Shown: positions 8,762-18,791, numbered from the stretch's first letter. The stretch is DNA of 61,788 bases from Cyanobacteriota bacterium (GCA_027618255.1 JAQCFG010000002.1:1-61788); one strand, 5' to 3'. Numbers and translations are program-made. Notes: generated by a model from the sequence alone, not told the origin.

Positions 8762-10247
8762 TTATAGAACCAGGAGTCGAAGACTCCGTTTGCAGCTCCA
8801 AAGGAGCGTTTGCAGGGTTCAGGGAGAATGGAGAACCTATGTTCGTCGGTGAAGGATCTGAAGCCATGTAGGGATCGACCATTGGCTTTTCAGTTAAAGC
8901 AATGCCGTTATTTAAAGCTATCGCACCATAATAATCATAACTCTTCTTCTTCGTTCTCACAAAACTATTGTGATCTACATGCACTAATCCAAACCTTGGT
9001 TTCATACCCAGTGCCCATTCAAAATTGTCTAACAAGCTCCAATGGAAATAACCTTGGACATTGGCACCCTCATTAATTGCGCGGTGAACAGCTATCAAGT
9101 GATCACGAATAAATTTGATTCTATAATTATCTTCAATATCAAGTTGATCTGCTTCAACCTTGCTATAACCATTTTCGGTAATATAAATTGGTCTGCCTTC
9201 AAGCATTCTTGTTAGTTTCTTGTCAGTGAGCACTTTGTACAAGCCTTCTGGATAAATCTCCCAGCCAAGACTATTAGCTTCTGACTCTGGATAAGGATCT
9301 AGTTCTCCCCAGAAACTTGAATCTACATTGGGATCAGCATTGTCCTTGGCTTTCGGGTTGAGTTTGTAACTGAAGCGAGTATAGTAATTTACTCCAAGGA
9401 AATCAAGTGTGTCCATTTCGATACAAGACTCTATAAAAGCATAGTTGTGCAATTGTTTGCGCAGCGCATTTGGCATTGCATTAGCTGATTGCCATTTTTT
9501 TTCGTGAAGACTTTCGTCCTTGCTTTCATAGGCATATAGGTTTTGTGCAAAGCCAACTTGCGCCTGGGGGTTATGTTCTTTGATGGTTTTGTAAGCGAGT
9601 TGATGCCCAAGAAGCAGACCCTGATAGGCTTTGAAGTATCTATTCCAGTCATTGCTGTAACCAGGCGGCCAGATGCCAGACTCATAACCAAAGCCAAGAA
9701 ATATATTTGGCTCATTATGGGTGACCCAGTTTTTGATTCTGTCACCATAGCGCTTCACCAAAAACTCAGTGAACTTTTGAAACTCATTGGCAGTGTTGGA
9801 ATTCTCCCAACCACCTGCTTTGGCCAGCCAAGTTGGAATTGCAAAATGCACAATTGTTGCAAAAGCTTCGATCCGAGCTTTATGAGCAAGTCCAGCCTTG
9901 TCTTGCAATAACTGATCCAAAAGAGTGTCGTAGAACTTAGCGGCGTTTTCATCAAACTCACCAGGTCCACGATGCAATCTTGCCCAGTTAAAAGAAAAAC
10001 GATAAGCATTATTGTTCATGCCTCGAATCAAATCAACATCTTCTATCATTTGCTCGTAGTGATTCACCGCTCTACCGTCATTAGTCGGCTTTTTGACTTT
10101 GTCTTCTCGTTCTATCCATTCAGACCAATCAGATAATTTGCCAAGAGCTTCCTCTGGGTGACCCTCAATCTGAAATGCAGCTGTAGCCGTACCCCAATAG
10201 AATTTGTTGGGGAATTTCAAGCTATTTGTTCTGGTTTGGCTACTCAC
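8739..10247 (-). CDS. glycoside hydrolase family 1 beta-glucosidase
   Basis: Acid/base THNEPN and nucleophile YITENG motifs; last codons and stop lie in repeat 8719-8761. Confidence 0.85.
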   Translation of the reverse strand: MSSQTRTNSLKFPNKFYWGTATAAFQIEGHPEEALGKLSDWSEWIEREDKVKKPTNDGRAVNHYEQMIEDVDLIRGMNNNAYRFSFNWARLHRGPGEFDENAAKFYDTLLDQLLQDKAGLAHKARIEAFATIVHFAIPTWLAKAGGWENSNTANEFQKFTEFLVKRYGDRIKNWVTHNEPNIFLGFGYESGIWPPGYSNDWNRYFKAYQGLLLGHQLAYKTIKEHNPQAQVGFAQNLYAYESKDESLHEKKWQSANAMPNALRKQLHNYAFIESCIEMDTLDFLGVNYYTRFSYKLNPKAKDNADPNVDSSFWGELDPYPESEANSLGWEIYPEGLYKVLTDKKLTRMLEGRPIYITENGYSKVEADQLDIEDNYRIKFIRDHLIAVHRAINEGANVQGYFHWSLLDNFEWALGMKPRFGLVHVDHNSFVRTKKKSYDYYGAIALNNGIALTEKPMVDPYMASDPSPTNIGSPFSLNPANAPLELQTESSTPGSIIEFFRNP

Positions 10248-10268
10248 TTATGTCAATATACCATGCAA

Positions 10269-10910
10269 TTAGATCAACTCATAGCTAGAGTTTTTAACCC
10301 AACCGAGTGATTCGCCATACTTAATTTGTGACCAGTCTGGACCAGGTTTTACTAGCTGAAGAATTTGTCCATCTAATAATTCAAAGAGTTCGCTATAGGC
10401 TTCGCTGTCTCCAGAATATGCCTTGGTCGAAATATCTGTGACGACAACTCGTTTAATATTTTTCTGCTCATAGCCAAGCCAAGCAAGGTTGGCACTAGAA
10501 ATGACAAGGCATAAAACCACAATGAAATTTAAGCTGCTATTGAACTTGAGTTTATTGCGCATTAAATAAAGAATATTGAAAACCAAGAAGAATATCAATG
10601 ATTCAAAAACACTCAAACCACTATAGGCGAGCATCGGATCTTGACTGAGCTTGATTTCTTCAAGCACGATTGCCAAATTGTTATTTACTTCTTTACTGCG
10701 TGGGCTGATTTTTTTGGCTTGGTAATAATGCTTAATTGCTTTGCCATTGTTTTCTATCTTATATTCACTATTGGCAAGGTTGATTAGGAGCATTGGGTTA
10801 TGCGGATGTTCTTGCACTAGCTCTTGATAGATAGTTTGTGCTAATTGGTAATCAGTGTCCAAATAAGCTTGGTTAGCGTCTTTTAGATTGCTTTCATCTA
10901 GCATTTGCAA
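10269..10910 (-). CDS. TPR / SH3-like membrane protein (BatE-like)
   Basis: TPR-like N-terminus, two hydrophobic helices, C-terminal SH3-like WSQIKYGESLGWV; overlaps upstream gene by 17 nt. Confidence 0.5.
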   Translation of the reverse strand: MQMLDESNLKDANQAYLDTDYQLAQTIYQELVQEHPHNPMLLINLANSEYKIENNGKAIKHYYQAKKISPRSKEVNNNLAIVLEEIKLSQDPMLAYSGLSVFESLIFFLVFNILYLMRNKLKFNSSLNFIVVLCLVISSANLAWLGYEQKNIKRVVVTDISTKAYSGDSEAYSELFELLDGQILQLVKPGPDWSQIKYGESLGWVKNSSYELI

Positions 10911-12645
10911 GCTCCTTTATTAAGTCAATTGCTTTGGTTTTAAAATACTCCAGTTGTTCACCAGAGCCATTGTGGCTGTGTACTGAGTAATTAGCTTTGT
11001 CACTTTCTTCAAAGAAGTCATTGAGCTTGGTGCTAAGATCAGCTTGATTGTTAGCTTTGATTTTTGCTGCAAGTTCTTTGAGTATGATAGAAATTTCTGA
11101 GACCTTATCTGCATTTTTGGTTTTCTTGATATAACTACTGATACTTTGTCCGTTGCTCACAAGATTTTTGATTGGATCAGTTAAGCCTTTGAGATGTTTG
11201 TATGCATTGAAGCAAAAAGCAATGAGGTTAATTAAGATGATTAATAAGACAAGCTCTCTGTTTTTGATTGGTTGTTCTTTGTAGCTGAGGATCTCTGACA
11301 CTGGAACAGTAAAGAGAGTTTTGCTTTCTTTGATTGCTTTTGGTTTAATAAGATCTTTGTTCTCGATCACAGTATCAGTAGCTTTGATAGCGTTGGGATT
11401 AGTTATTACATCCACTTCAAAATTGTTGTTGCCATGAGTCTCGTATTTCTGAGTCTTGGGGTTAAAGCTAATGATAGGTTTGGTTTTGATTGATAGTTTG
11501 CCTTTATCTTTGTTTGCAATAATTGCCGTTGTTCTTGTTGCTTCAAAGTATTTGCGGTTGTTTGCTATTTCCGCAACCAAGTTTTCTTTATCGCCAAAAA
11601 TACTATATTGTTTAGAGTTATAAACCATCTCTGGGCTAAGTGCCGCTGAATTACCATCTCCATTGATTTGAGTTTCTAGACTAATTGCATCACCAGATTT
11701 CACTGTAGTTTCTTTGAGGTTATGAACTACAGCAAGTTCACCAACATAGCCAGTAAAGTCTTTGGGTGCACCTGGCGGGAAGCTTTGCACTGCTACTGTG
11801 ATAGCTTGAGTTAAGAGCTGGCGTTTTTTCTCAACCAAAAATGGATTCATGAATCTAAATGGATCAACTTGTCTCATATTGCGATCCTCAAGTATTACAG
11901 TGTCAATGGCAGTTGCTGGAATGATTGCAGTGCCGGCTTTTACGGGATAGAGGATGAAATCTATCTCGTAGACATAGTACTCATTTCTATTAAATACCTC
12001 TTGGTATTCCTTTGCTTTATTGTCTCGTTCAACTATGAAATTATCGAGTTGTAGCGGCTGTAAATTCAGAGTTCTTAAATTGCCATTGTGATAGATCTTC
12101 AGTTTGAGATTGATTTGTTCATTAGTATAAGGTTTGCTATTGTTTAATTCAAACCTGGCAAAGATATCTTGCTCTCTTGCTTGGGCTGTTGCAGCTTTGC
12201 TTGTGCCTGCTGAATTTTTTGGCAAGTTCGTTGCTGTTTTGACTGGCACTGAGTTAGCAGGACTTGCTGTGTTGACGGTGATCGCCACAGGATCAGTGTC
12301 ATAGGTTAGCGGACCTGCTTTGACTTTGACTGAAGGAATGCTGATTATTCCTGGATGTTTTGGTTTAATCACATACTTATATGTAATTGATTTATCAGAC
12401 TGACCGTTAATTAAGCGAAAACTTTTGGAGCTTGAAGTTGCTGTTACAGTGTAGTCGTCAGTATCCTGTGCAAAATGAACAAACTCGGGATCAAGATTGT
12501 AAATAGCAACGGTCAAGGTGACTAGCTCATTGAGTTTGATGGTTTTGGTGTCGACTAGTGCTTCGATTTTAGAAGTCACAGCAAAGCTAGCTGTGCCAAA
12601 ACACAACAAAGCAAGTGCAATCAAAGATGATCTGATTTTAGTCAT
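10894..12645 (-). CDS. BatD-like (oxygen tolerance family) exported protein with C-terminal TM anchor
   Basis: Start set at ATG 12645 giving signal peptide MTKIRSSLIALALLCFGTASFA; C-terminal helix LVLLIILINLIAFCF; size and layout as BatD. Confidence 0.5.
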   Translation of the reverse strand: MTKIRSSLIALALLCFGTASFAVTSKIEALVDTKTIKLNELVTLTVAIYNLDPEFVHFAQDTDDYTVTATSSSKSFRLINGQSDKSITYKYVIKPKHPGIISIPSVKVKAGPLTYDTDPVAITVNTASPANSVPVKTATNLPKNSAGTSKAATAQAREQDIFARFELNNSKPYTNEQINLKLKIYHNGNLRTLNLQPLQLDNFIVERDNKAKEYQEVFNRNEYYVYEIDFILYPVKAGTAIIPATAIDTVILEDRNMRQVDPFRFMNPFLVEKKRQLLTQAITVAVQSFPPGAPKDFTGYVGELAVVHNLKETTVKSGDAISLETQINGDGNSAALSPEMVYNSKQYSIFGDKENLVAEIANNRKYFEATRTTAIIANKDKGKLSIKTKPIISFNPKTQKYETHGNNNFEVDVITNPNAIKATDTVIENKDLIKPKAIKESKTLFTVPVSEILSYKEQPIKNRELVLLIILINLIAFCFNAYKHLKGLTDPIKNLVSNGQSISSYIKKTKNADKVSEISIILKELAAKIKANNQADLSTKLNDFFEESDKANYSVHSHNGSGEQLEYFKTKAIDLIKELANAR

Positions 12646-13093
12646 TAAGTTTGTCGATAACTGAACTAGTTGATTTGCCATCCACAAGTTCAATTAATTC
12701 TATTTTAGCGCCAATTTCTTGACTTGCAGGAAATTCAGGCAAGCTTTCTGCTTGATAATCGGCTCCTTTGGTATAAATATTGGGTTTGACCAAGCGCAAG
12801 AATTCACTAGCATCAAGCTCATCAAAAATCAGCACATGATCCACCGGTTTCAAACCGAGTAAGAGAGCCGCTCTATCAGCTTCAGGGTTGATTGGTCTTG
12901 ATTCGCCTTTGAGTTGTTTGACACTAGTATCTGAATTCAAACCAACTACTAAGATATCTCCAAGAGCCTTGGATCTTTCCAGATATTTAAGGTGTCCGAG
13001 ATGTAAAATATCAAAACAACCATTGGTCGCTACTACTATTTTGCCTTGAGCTTTGGCAGCTTCGATAATTTTGATTATTTCTGAATTAGTCAT
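12638..13093 (-). CDS. hldC: D-glycero-beta-D-manno-heptose 1-phosphate adenylyltransferase (RfaE/HldE domain II type)
   Basis: VATNGCFDILHLGHLKYL cytidylyltransferase motif and LVVGLNSDTSVKQLKGESRPINP; start set at ATG 13093. Confidence 0.7.
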   Translation of the reverse strand: MTNSEIIKIIEAAKAQGKIVVATNGCFDILHLGHLKYLERSKALGDILVVGLNSDTSVKQLKGESRPINPEADRAALLLGLKPVDHVLIFDELDASEFLRLVKPNIYTKGADYQAESLPEFPASQEIGAKIELIELVDGKSTSSVIDKLND

Positions 13094-13367
13094 TAGTGAA
13101 ACACTTTGTCGCTTGGCAATCATTTGGTAGAGGACATTCCTCTATTGATTTCATTTTAGCCCATTCTTTGCGAAAGCATTCTCTTGCTTCAACATAGTCA
13201 TAAGCAAAATCAAAAATTTCTTCCATGCTTTTTGAATGCATGTCAGCTAGAGCTTTTAATGAATAAAACTCTTCGGTGTAGCCTAAGGCTAGATTCATAT
13301 TAAAAATGCGACGGCAAATCGGCGCCCCTGTTACACAGCAAGTTTGGATATTACTATGTTCGCTCAT
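13086..13367 (-). CDS. Cys-rich hypothetical protein (93 aa)
   Basis: ORF trimmed to ATG 13367 because the upstream part reads through repeats; stop overlaps hldC start in AATGACTAA. Confidence 0.4.
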   Translation of the reverse strand: MSEHSNIQTCCVTGAPICRRIFNMNLALGYTEEFYSLKALADMHSKSMEEIFDFAYDYVEARECFRKEWAKMKSIEECPLPNDCQATKCFTND

Positions 13368-13406
13368 TAGATTTTCTGTGAAAGTTGCTTCTAATATACT
13401 TCCCGC

Positions 13407-13459
13407 GAAAGTCCTCTTTATCTTTACTAACGGAACTAGTGCTTCGCACCGTTCCGACC
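13407..13459 (-). repeat. family D hairpin repeat, copy 1
   Basis: About 46/52 identical to reverse complement of 58616-58667. Confidence 0.8.
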
Positions 13460-13469
13460 TTCTCTGTAT

Positions 13470-13507
13470 CGACATCACTAGCAAAACAAAGTTTTGCAGG
13501 ATGTCTA
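13470..13507 (-). repeat. family-1b single-hairpin mini element
   Basis: CGACATCACTAGCAAAACAAAGTTTTGCAGGATGTCTA matches the hairpin-1 module of 13737-13848. Confidence 0.85.
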
Positions 13508-13705
13508 GTGATCCGAAGAATCATAAATCTTGTTAATTGCTTCAAGTATCGGTTTTGGAGGATCTGGATCTTCCTTGGTATCCTCTTTAATTTGTTTAGC
13601 AATTCTAGCTAAGTCTTTAGTTAACTCATAAATATTTGGCTCTTGGTCTGTTAAGTCACTCAAGAGTGCATGAGTTAGGTGATGTTCGTCGTGCTTTTTG
13701 GTCAT
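13505..13705 (-). CDS. hypothetical small acidic protein (66 aa)
   Basis: ATG ORF; stop codon TAG is the terminal TAG of repeat 13470-13507. Confidence 0.4.
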   Translation of the reverse strand: MTKKHDEHHLTHALLSDLTDQEPNIYELTKDLARIAKQIKEDTKEDPDPPKPILEAINKIYDSSDH

Positions 13706-13736
13706 GACTGATTATTATAGCATAACAGTACTCTAT

Positions 13737-13848
13737 TAGACTTACTGCAAAAGTCGGAATTCTCCTTAAAGCAAACGCAACATTCGTTGCGGTTGCTACC
13801 TTTTTTAAAGCGACATCACTAGCAAAACGGGGTTTTGCAGGATGTCTA
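13737..13848 (-). repeat. family-1b MITE-like three-hairpin element, full length (112 bp)
   Basis: TAGAC...GTCTA ends; nearly identical to 18835-18946. Confidence 0.9.
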
Positions 13849-13969
13849 TTACCTAATTCCTTGCTAACAGCTCTATTATTGTGAATGGTTCAAAGATAGT
13901 GACTTGCTTGTGATTGTGGTTTTTGCGGACAGTGCCTGTTTGATATACGTATTACGACAGCACCCTTAT

Positions 13970-15058
13970 TTAAACCGCCACCAAATCACTAATCATCTCT
14001 TCCACCTCTAGATCTATTAACAGATCAACGGATTGCACGGCTTCTTCACCAGCTAGTTCAACAAGCACACGTCGATTAGATTGGTATTTAAGCTCAGTTT
14101 GGCGCAGGCGGCGTTCAAGATCGCGCACTACCATCCGGGTAAAAAATATAGAGTCGCTGTGATCGTTAGCTAGGGCTTCTGCTGAATCTAGTCTTGCGGG
14201 TTGCAAGTCAAACTTGAGCAGCTCTTGCTCTACTTTGGCATCTTTATATGCGTGGTAAGAATTGCGCAGGCGCTCAGCGACTTCATCTACCATCATAAAC
14301 AAAACTATCAGGTCTGTTTTGGTTACTTGTCTACTGCGGTCTCTTCCATCATGAGTTGAATCAACCACGTCGCCAATTACTCTAGCTCCAACCATCGATC
14401 CACCACTAATCAGTGAATTATTAGCAACCGCTGATACTGCATAGAAAGGTACAAACAGAGCCTTGGACAGTACTTGGGTTATCGCATTGTTTTGCTCGAT
14501 TTCGTTTGGGTTATTAGAAAGTGATTTGATAATGAATTGAATGGTTCTATTGCGAGCTAGTGTTGAGCGCCAGAGTTCTAGTAGTTGTTCTTTTTCACTT
14601 TGATTGAAGAAGTTCTCCTTGTTGAGCTTTTCTTCTTCTGTATCGATACTCGGAAAAATAAACTCTAGAGCCTTTGCCTCATTGGCTTTGAGCTCTTCTC
14701 TGAGCTTGTCTATTTCTGGTCTATCATCTTTTTCGAGAGCTTCTTTTTCTTCAAGTTTGATAGTTTCTATTGCTTCTAGCTCTTGCTTTTTTGCTTTAGC
14801 TTGTTTCTTGCGATCTTTTTTTGCTTGCTTTGCAACTTTCTTGGCGAGCTTCTCAGCTTCTTTGATTGCTTTGTGCTCGGCTTTTTTGCGTTGTTTTTCT
14901 TCTTTGGCGCGTGTCTTTTCTAGGTCGTTGAGTTCTTTTCTGAGGGCATTGATGTCTTGGGTCTGATGTTGAACCTTGGTTTCAATTTGTTCAACATTAA
15001 TAGCCAATACAGAGTTCTGTAGAAGAATCAAAGTTAGTAGAAGTAGTTTTATTTTCAT
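13970..15058 (-). CDS. secreted coiled-coil protein, Lys/Glu-rich (hypothetical)
   Basis: Signal peptide MKIKLLLLTLILLQNSVLA, KEKE-type low-complexity region. Confidence 0.6.
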   Translation of the reverse strand: MKIKLLLLTLILLQNSVLAINVEQIETKVQHQTQDINALRKELNDLEKTRAKEEKQRKKAEHKAIKEAEKLAKKVAKQAKKDRKKQAKAKKQELEAIETIKLEEKEALEKDDRPEIDKLREELKANEAKALEFIFPSIDTEEEKLNKENFFNQSEKEQLLELWRSTLARNRTIQFIIKSLSNNPNEIEQNNAITQVLSKALFVPFYAVSAVANNSLISGGSMVGARVIGDVVDSTHDGRDRSRQVTKTDLIVLFMMVDEVAERLRNSYHAYKDAKVEQELLKFDLQPARLDSAEALANDHSDSIFFTRMVVRDLERRLRQTELKYQSNRRVLVELAGEEAVQSVDLLIDLEVEEMISDLVAV

Positions 15059-15114
15059 TATGAGTCTCAGCTAAGAGCCTGTTTAAAAATTGTCAAATGC
15101 AAGGCTTGAGTTGG

Positions 15115-17772
15115 CTATTTTGGGACAGGCTCACACGCGGCGGATAGTTCTCGTAAGGTATATTGAAGAATGCCACCGTTACGATAGTACTCTACTTCAA
15201 TTGGTGTTTGCAAGAGCACTCTTGCTGGGATTTCAATAATTGAGCCATCATGCTTTGTCACTGATATATGGATCTCTTGATATGGCTTGATATTATCGTC
15301 TAGCGCATCAATACTAAATAATTCAGAACCATCTAACCCATAATCAGCAACTACTTTGCCTTTAACTCCAATTGGCATAATTCCCATGCCGATTAAGTTG
15401 GACCTGTGGATTCTTTCAAAAGATTCTGCAATTACGGCTTTAACGCCCAGGAGTTTTTGTCCTTTGGCAGCCCAATCTCTTGAGCTTCCATTACCAAATA
15501 ATTTCCCGGCAAAAACAACATTGCTCACACCATCTTGATGATATCTGAGTGATGCTTCAAAGACAGACATCTCAGGAGCTTCTGCTGTTGTTTTGTCAGT
15601 GCCATTAAAATATTTAGTTCTTGGACCACTTGATCCAGGTACTAATAAATTACTCAATCTGATATTTGCAAAAGTACCACGAGTCATGACTCTATCATTG
15701 CCGCGGCGTGAGCCATAGCTATTAAAGTCAGTGTCGTCGATACCCTGCTCTCTGAGATAGTTTGCAGCATCAGAGTCCTTGGCTATATTGCCAGCCGGTG
15801 AAATATGGTCAGTCGTAATTGAATCACCCAGGCTAAGTAAAGTGCGAGCATTTTTAATTGATTCAATACGTTCAGTCGCTAATTTAAAGCTATCAAAGTA
15901 AGGTGGCTTTTGAATGTAACTATTGTTTGTGTCCCATTCATAAAGATCACCAGTGCCAGCTTCAATTGCGTCCCACAATTCAGTACCGGCAGAGACTTTA
16001 GCATAGATATTCTCATACATCAGTGGATCCATAACTTCGTCAATTACTTGTTTGATTTCTTCTTTGTTAGGCCAAATGTCTGCTAACATCACATCGCCTT
16101 GAACCGGCTCTGTGTTTGGGTCCCAGTTCATATTGCCTTTGATTGCCATTGCCACTACTAATGGTGGTGACATCAAGAAATTCGCTTTGACATGTGGGCT
16201 AATTCTACCATCGAAGTTACGGTTGCCAGAAAGCACACTTGCAAGTACCTTATTTGGATGAGCTTTTAATTCGTCCATTGCAGCATCAGAAAGTGGTCCA
16301 GTGTTACCTATACAAGTAGTGCAACCATAACCAACTATACTAAAACCAAGTTTCTCTAATGGCTCAAGTAGATTAGCTTTGCGTAAATATTCTGTCACTG
16401 CTTGCGAGCCGGGTCCTAGTGAGGTTTTGACTTTGGGTCCTACTGTGAGTCCTTTCTCGACAGCTTTTTTGGCAAGTAAGCCAGCGCCAATAATTACAGC
16501 TGGGTTAGAGGTGTTCGTGCAACTAGTGATAGCTGCAATAACTACATCACCATGATCTTGTGGATTGTCATTGAGTCCTAAGCCATGTTCTGCGCTTGGT
16601 CTTTTGATAGCTTCAGCAAATTTGTTTTTGAGATCATAAAAATCAATTCTATCTTGCGGTCTTCTTGGTCCAGAGATAGAAGGCTTGATATCAGCTAGAT
16701 CAATCTCATGCAGTTTAGTAAATGACTCTGGATTACGATCCAGTCCCCAAGTGCCTTGTGCTTTGTTGTAAGCTTCAACCGATTCAATTATTTCAGCGCT
16801 TCTACCGGTGCGCTTGAGGTAAGCTAGCACTTCCTTGTCGATAGGAAACATTCCTACTGTGGCGCCATACTCTGGGCACATATTTGAAACAGTAGCTCTT
16901 TCTTCAAGAGTAAGTGATTTACAGCCCTCTCCAAAAAATTCAACTAGTTTACCGACTACATCGAGTCTCCTCAAGAATTCTGTTACGTAAAGTGCCAGGT
17001 CAGTAGCAGTGATACTTGGGTCCAGTTGACCTTTGAGTCTTACGCCAATAACTTCAGGCGTTGGAATTGCAACTGGTTGTCCGAGCATCGCAGCTTCAGC
17101 TTCAAGCCCACCAACTCCAAAACCAAATACACCAAGACCATCAATCATCGTGGTGTGTGAATCTGTGCCAACGCAACTATCAAATAAAAGCTCGCCATCT
17201 CTTTCTATGACTACGCTTGCCAAGTACTCCATATTAACTTGATGAATAATCCCAAACCCAGGAGGTACGATTCTGGTGTTGTCAAAAGCTTGCTGTGACC
17301 ACTTGAGGAATTTGAAACGCTCGTTATTTCTTTCAAACTCAAGCTTCTCATTAATTTCTTTAGAACGTGATTCACCAAAAGAATCCACTTGTATTGAGTG
17401 ATCAATTACTAAATCAATTGGCACTAATGGATTAATTTGTTGTGGATCAAGTCCGACTTCTTTGGCTGCGTCACGCATTGCAGCGAGGTCTACAAATAAA
17501 GGTACTCCCGTGAAGTCTTGCAAAACTACTCTTGCTGGCGAGAAAGGTACTTCACCTTGTTCAGGGTTTTTAGGATTATAAGCAACTAATTGCTTAATGC
17601 TCTCCTCTTGAATTTTTTTGCCATCAAGATTACGCAGCATTCCTTCAAGGACAATTTTGAGACTCACTGGTAATTTACTTAAGTCGCCGTATTTCGTTTC
17701 GGCTTTTGCAAGTGAGTAGTAATTAAACTCTTTGCCGGCAACAGTTAACTTCTCTATAAATTCTTTTTTCAT
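15115..17772 (-). CDS. acnA: aconitate hydratase A
   Basis: 885 aa; Fe-S ligand regions IDHSIQVD, TDSHTTM, ITSCTNTSNP, GCTTCIGN. Confidence 0.95.
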   Translation of the reverse strand: MKKEFIEKLTVAGKEFNYYSLAKAETKYGDLSKLPVSLKIVLEGMLRNLDGKKIQEESIKQLVAYNPKNPEQGEVPFSPARVVLQDFTGVPLFVDLAAMRDAAKEVGLDPQQINPLVPIDLVIDHSIQVDSFGESRSKEINEKLEFERNNERFKFLKWSQQAFDNTRIVPPGFGIIHQVNMEYLASVVIERDGELLFDSCVGTDSHTTMIDGLGVFGFGVGGLEAEAAMLGQPVAIPTPEVIGVRLKGQLDPSITATDLALYVTEFLRRLDVVGKLVEFFGEGCKSLTLEERATVSNMCPEYGATVGMFPIDKEVLAYLKRTGRSAEIIESVEAYNKAQGTWGLDRNPESFTKLHEIDLADIKPSISGPRRPQDRIDFYDLKNKFAEAIKRPSAEHGLGLNDNPQDHGDVVIAAITSCTNTSNPAVIIGAGLLAKKAVEKGLTVGPKVKTSLGPGSQAVTEYLRKANLLEPLEKLGFSIVGYGCTTCIGNTGPLSDAAMDELKAHPNKVLASVLSGNRNFDGRISPHVKANFLMSPPLVVAMAIKGNMNWDPNTEPVQGDVMLADIWPNKEEIKQVIDEVMDPLMYENIYAKVSAGTELWDAIEAGTGDLYEWDTNNSYIQKPPYFDSFKLATERIESIKNARTLLSLGDSITTDHISPAGNIAKDSDAANYLREQGIDDTDFNSYGSRRGNDRVMTRGTFANIRLSNLLVPGSSGPRTKYFNGTDKTTAEAPEMSVFEASLRYHQDGVSNVVFAGKLFGNGSSRDWAAKGQKLLGVKAVIAESFERIHRSNLIGMGIMPIGVKGKVVADYGLDGSELFSIDALDDNIKPYQEIHISVTKHDGSIIEIPARVLLQTPIEVEYYRNGGILQYTLRELSAACEPVPK

Positions 17773-17794
17773 ACATCCTTATTCTACCTGGTTG

Positions 17795-17913
17795 CCCTCC
17801 GGTGCCCCGGGGCCGCGTCTCCCCTGTTCGCTTTTCAACATAATCAACTTATCTACCTTGCATATTATCGTGAAAAGTGAACAGGGGAGACGCGGCCCCG
17901 GGGCACCGGAGGG
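17795..17913. repeat. 119-bp GC-rich near-perfect palindrome (35-bp perfect arms, imperfect extension)
   Basis: 17795-17829 CCCTCCGGTGCCCCGGGGCCGCGTCTCCCCTGTTC is the exact reverse complement of 17879-17913. Confidence 0.95.
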
Positions 17914-17969
17914 CACCTACGTGATTGCCCCTATGGCCATAGCTGACTGACTATAGTAAAATCTAATCA

Positions 17970-18791
17970 ATGGCTGTTGAAGAAAAAATATCTTTATCTG
18001 AAAAGAACTTACAAGGTTTTGTGAATCTTTTACAAGATTCATCAGCTTCTACTTTGAATTTAATGGGGCAGCAGATAAGCAAACTCGATGATGTCAGTCT
18101 TCGTGGCATTGAAGAGATTGTCGGCAAGCTTGATAATGATCAACTTGAAGGGAATTGGTACCACGCTAGCAAAGTTGCTTTGCTTGCACAAATTCAAGAT
18201 TGGAAGAGCGATGGCGATTTAGAACGTGGTTTGTTTTTGATTTCACGTTTGCGTAATCCTGGTTTAGATCTCAAAAAATATCAATCGATTTTAGATGGTT
18301 ACGCTGCCAGAGTCGCTGCTAAGCTCAGTCCTTCTAGTTCAACGACTCACGCAATTGAGGCACTTAACGAAGTACTTTTTAGAGAAGAGGTTTATGTGGG
18401 TAATCAATCTGATTACTATGATCTTGACAACAATTTTTTGCATACTGTCATTGACAACAAAGCTGGTAATCCAATTATGCTCTCGTCAATTTATATTTTA
18501 GTGGGGCGCAGGCTAGGACTTGATATCAAAGGTATTGGCACGCCAGGACATTTTATTGTGACTTTTGAAGATAAATTAATTGATCCATTTTTTCAAGGAA
18601 AAGAAATTACCAAAAATGAATGTGTCCTTAGAGCCCAAGAGCTTAGTGTTTATTGGAGGGAAGAATACCTACATCCAATAGATGATGCGTTTATCATTTC
18701 TCGTTGTATTCGCAATATTGTTGCTATTTACAAAAAACAAAATGAATTTGAAAAAGCTGCTGATGCTACTAATATATTGAAATTAGTTTAA
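17970..18791 (+). CDS. SirB1/YchA-type transglutaminase-like protein
   Basis: GNPIMLSSIYILVGRRLGLDIKGIGTPGHFIV core typical of the family. Confidence 0.65.
   Translation: MAVEEKISLSEKNLQGFVNLLQDSSASTLNLMGQQISKLDDVSLRGIEEIVGKLDNDQLEGNWYHASKVALLAQIQDWKSDGDLERGLFLISRLRNPGLDLKKYQSILDGYAARVAAKLSPSSSTTHAIEALNEVLFREEVYVGNQSDYYDLDNNFLHTVIDNKAGNPIMLSSIYILVGRRLGLDIKGIGTPGHFIVTFEDKLIDPFFQGKEITKNECVLRAQELSVYWREEYLHPIDDAFIISRCIRNIVAIYKKQNEFEKAADATNILKLV

Noticed and set aside
14604-14966. 120-aa ORF antisense to the coiled-coil gene
   Set aside because: It is the Ser/Leu/Phe-rich mirror of the Lys/Glu low-complexity region, a typical shadow ORF.
17732-17950. 72-aa plus-strand ORF
   Set aside because: It reads straight through the 119-bp GC-rich palindrome in a divergent promoter region. 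The Pro/Gly-rich product is an artefact of the repeat.
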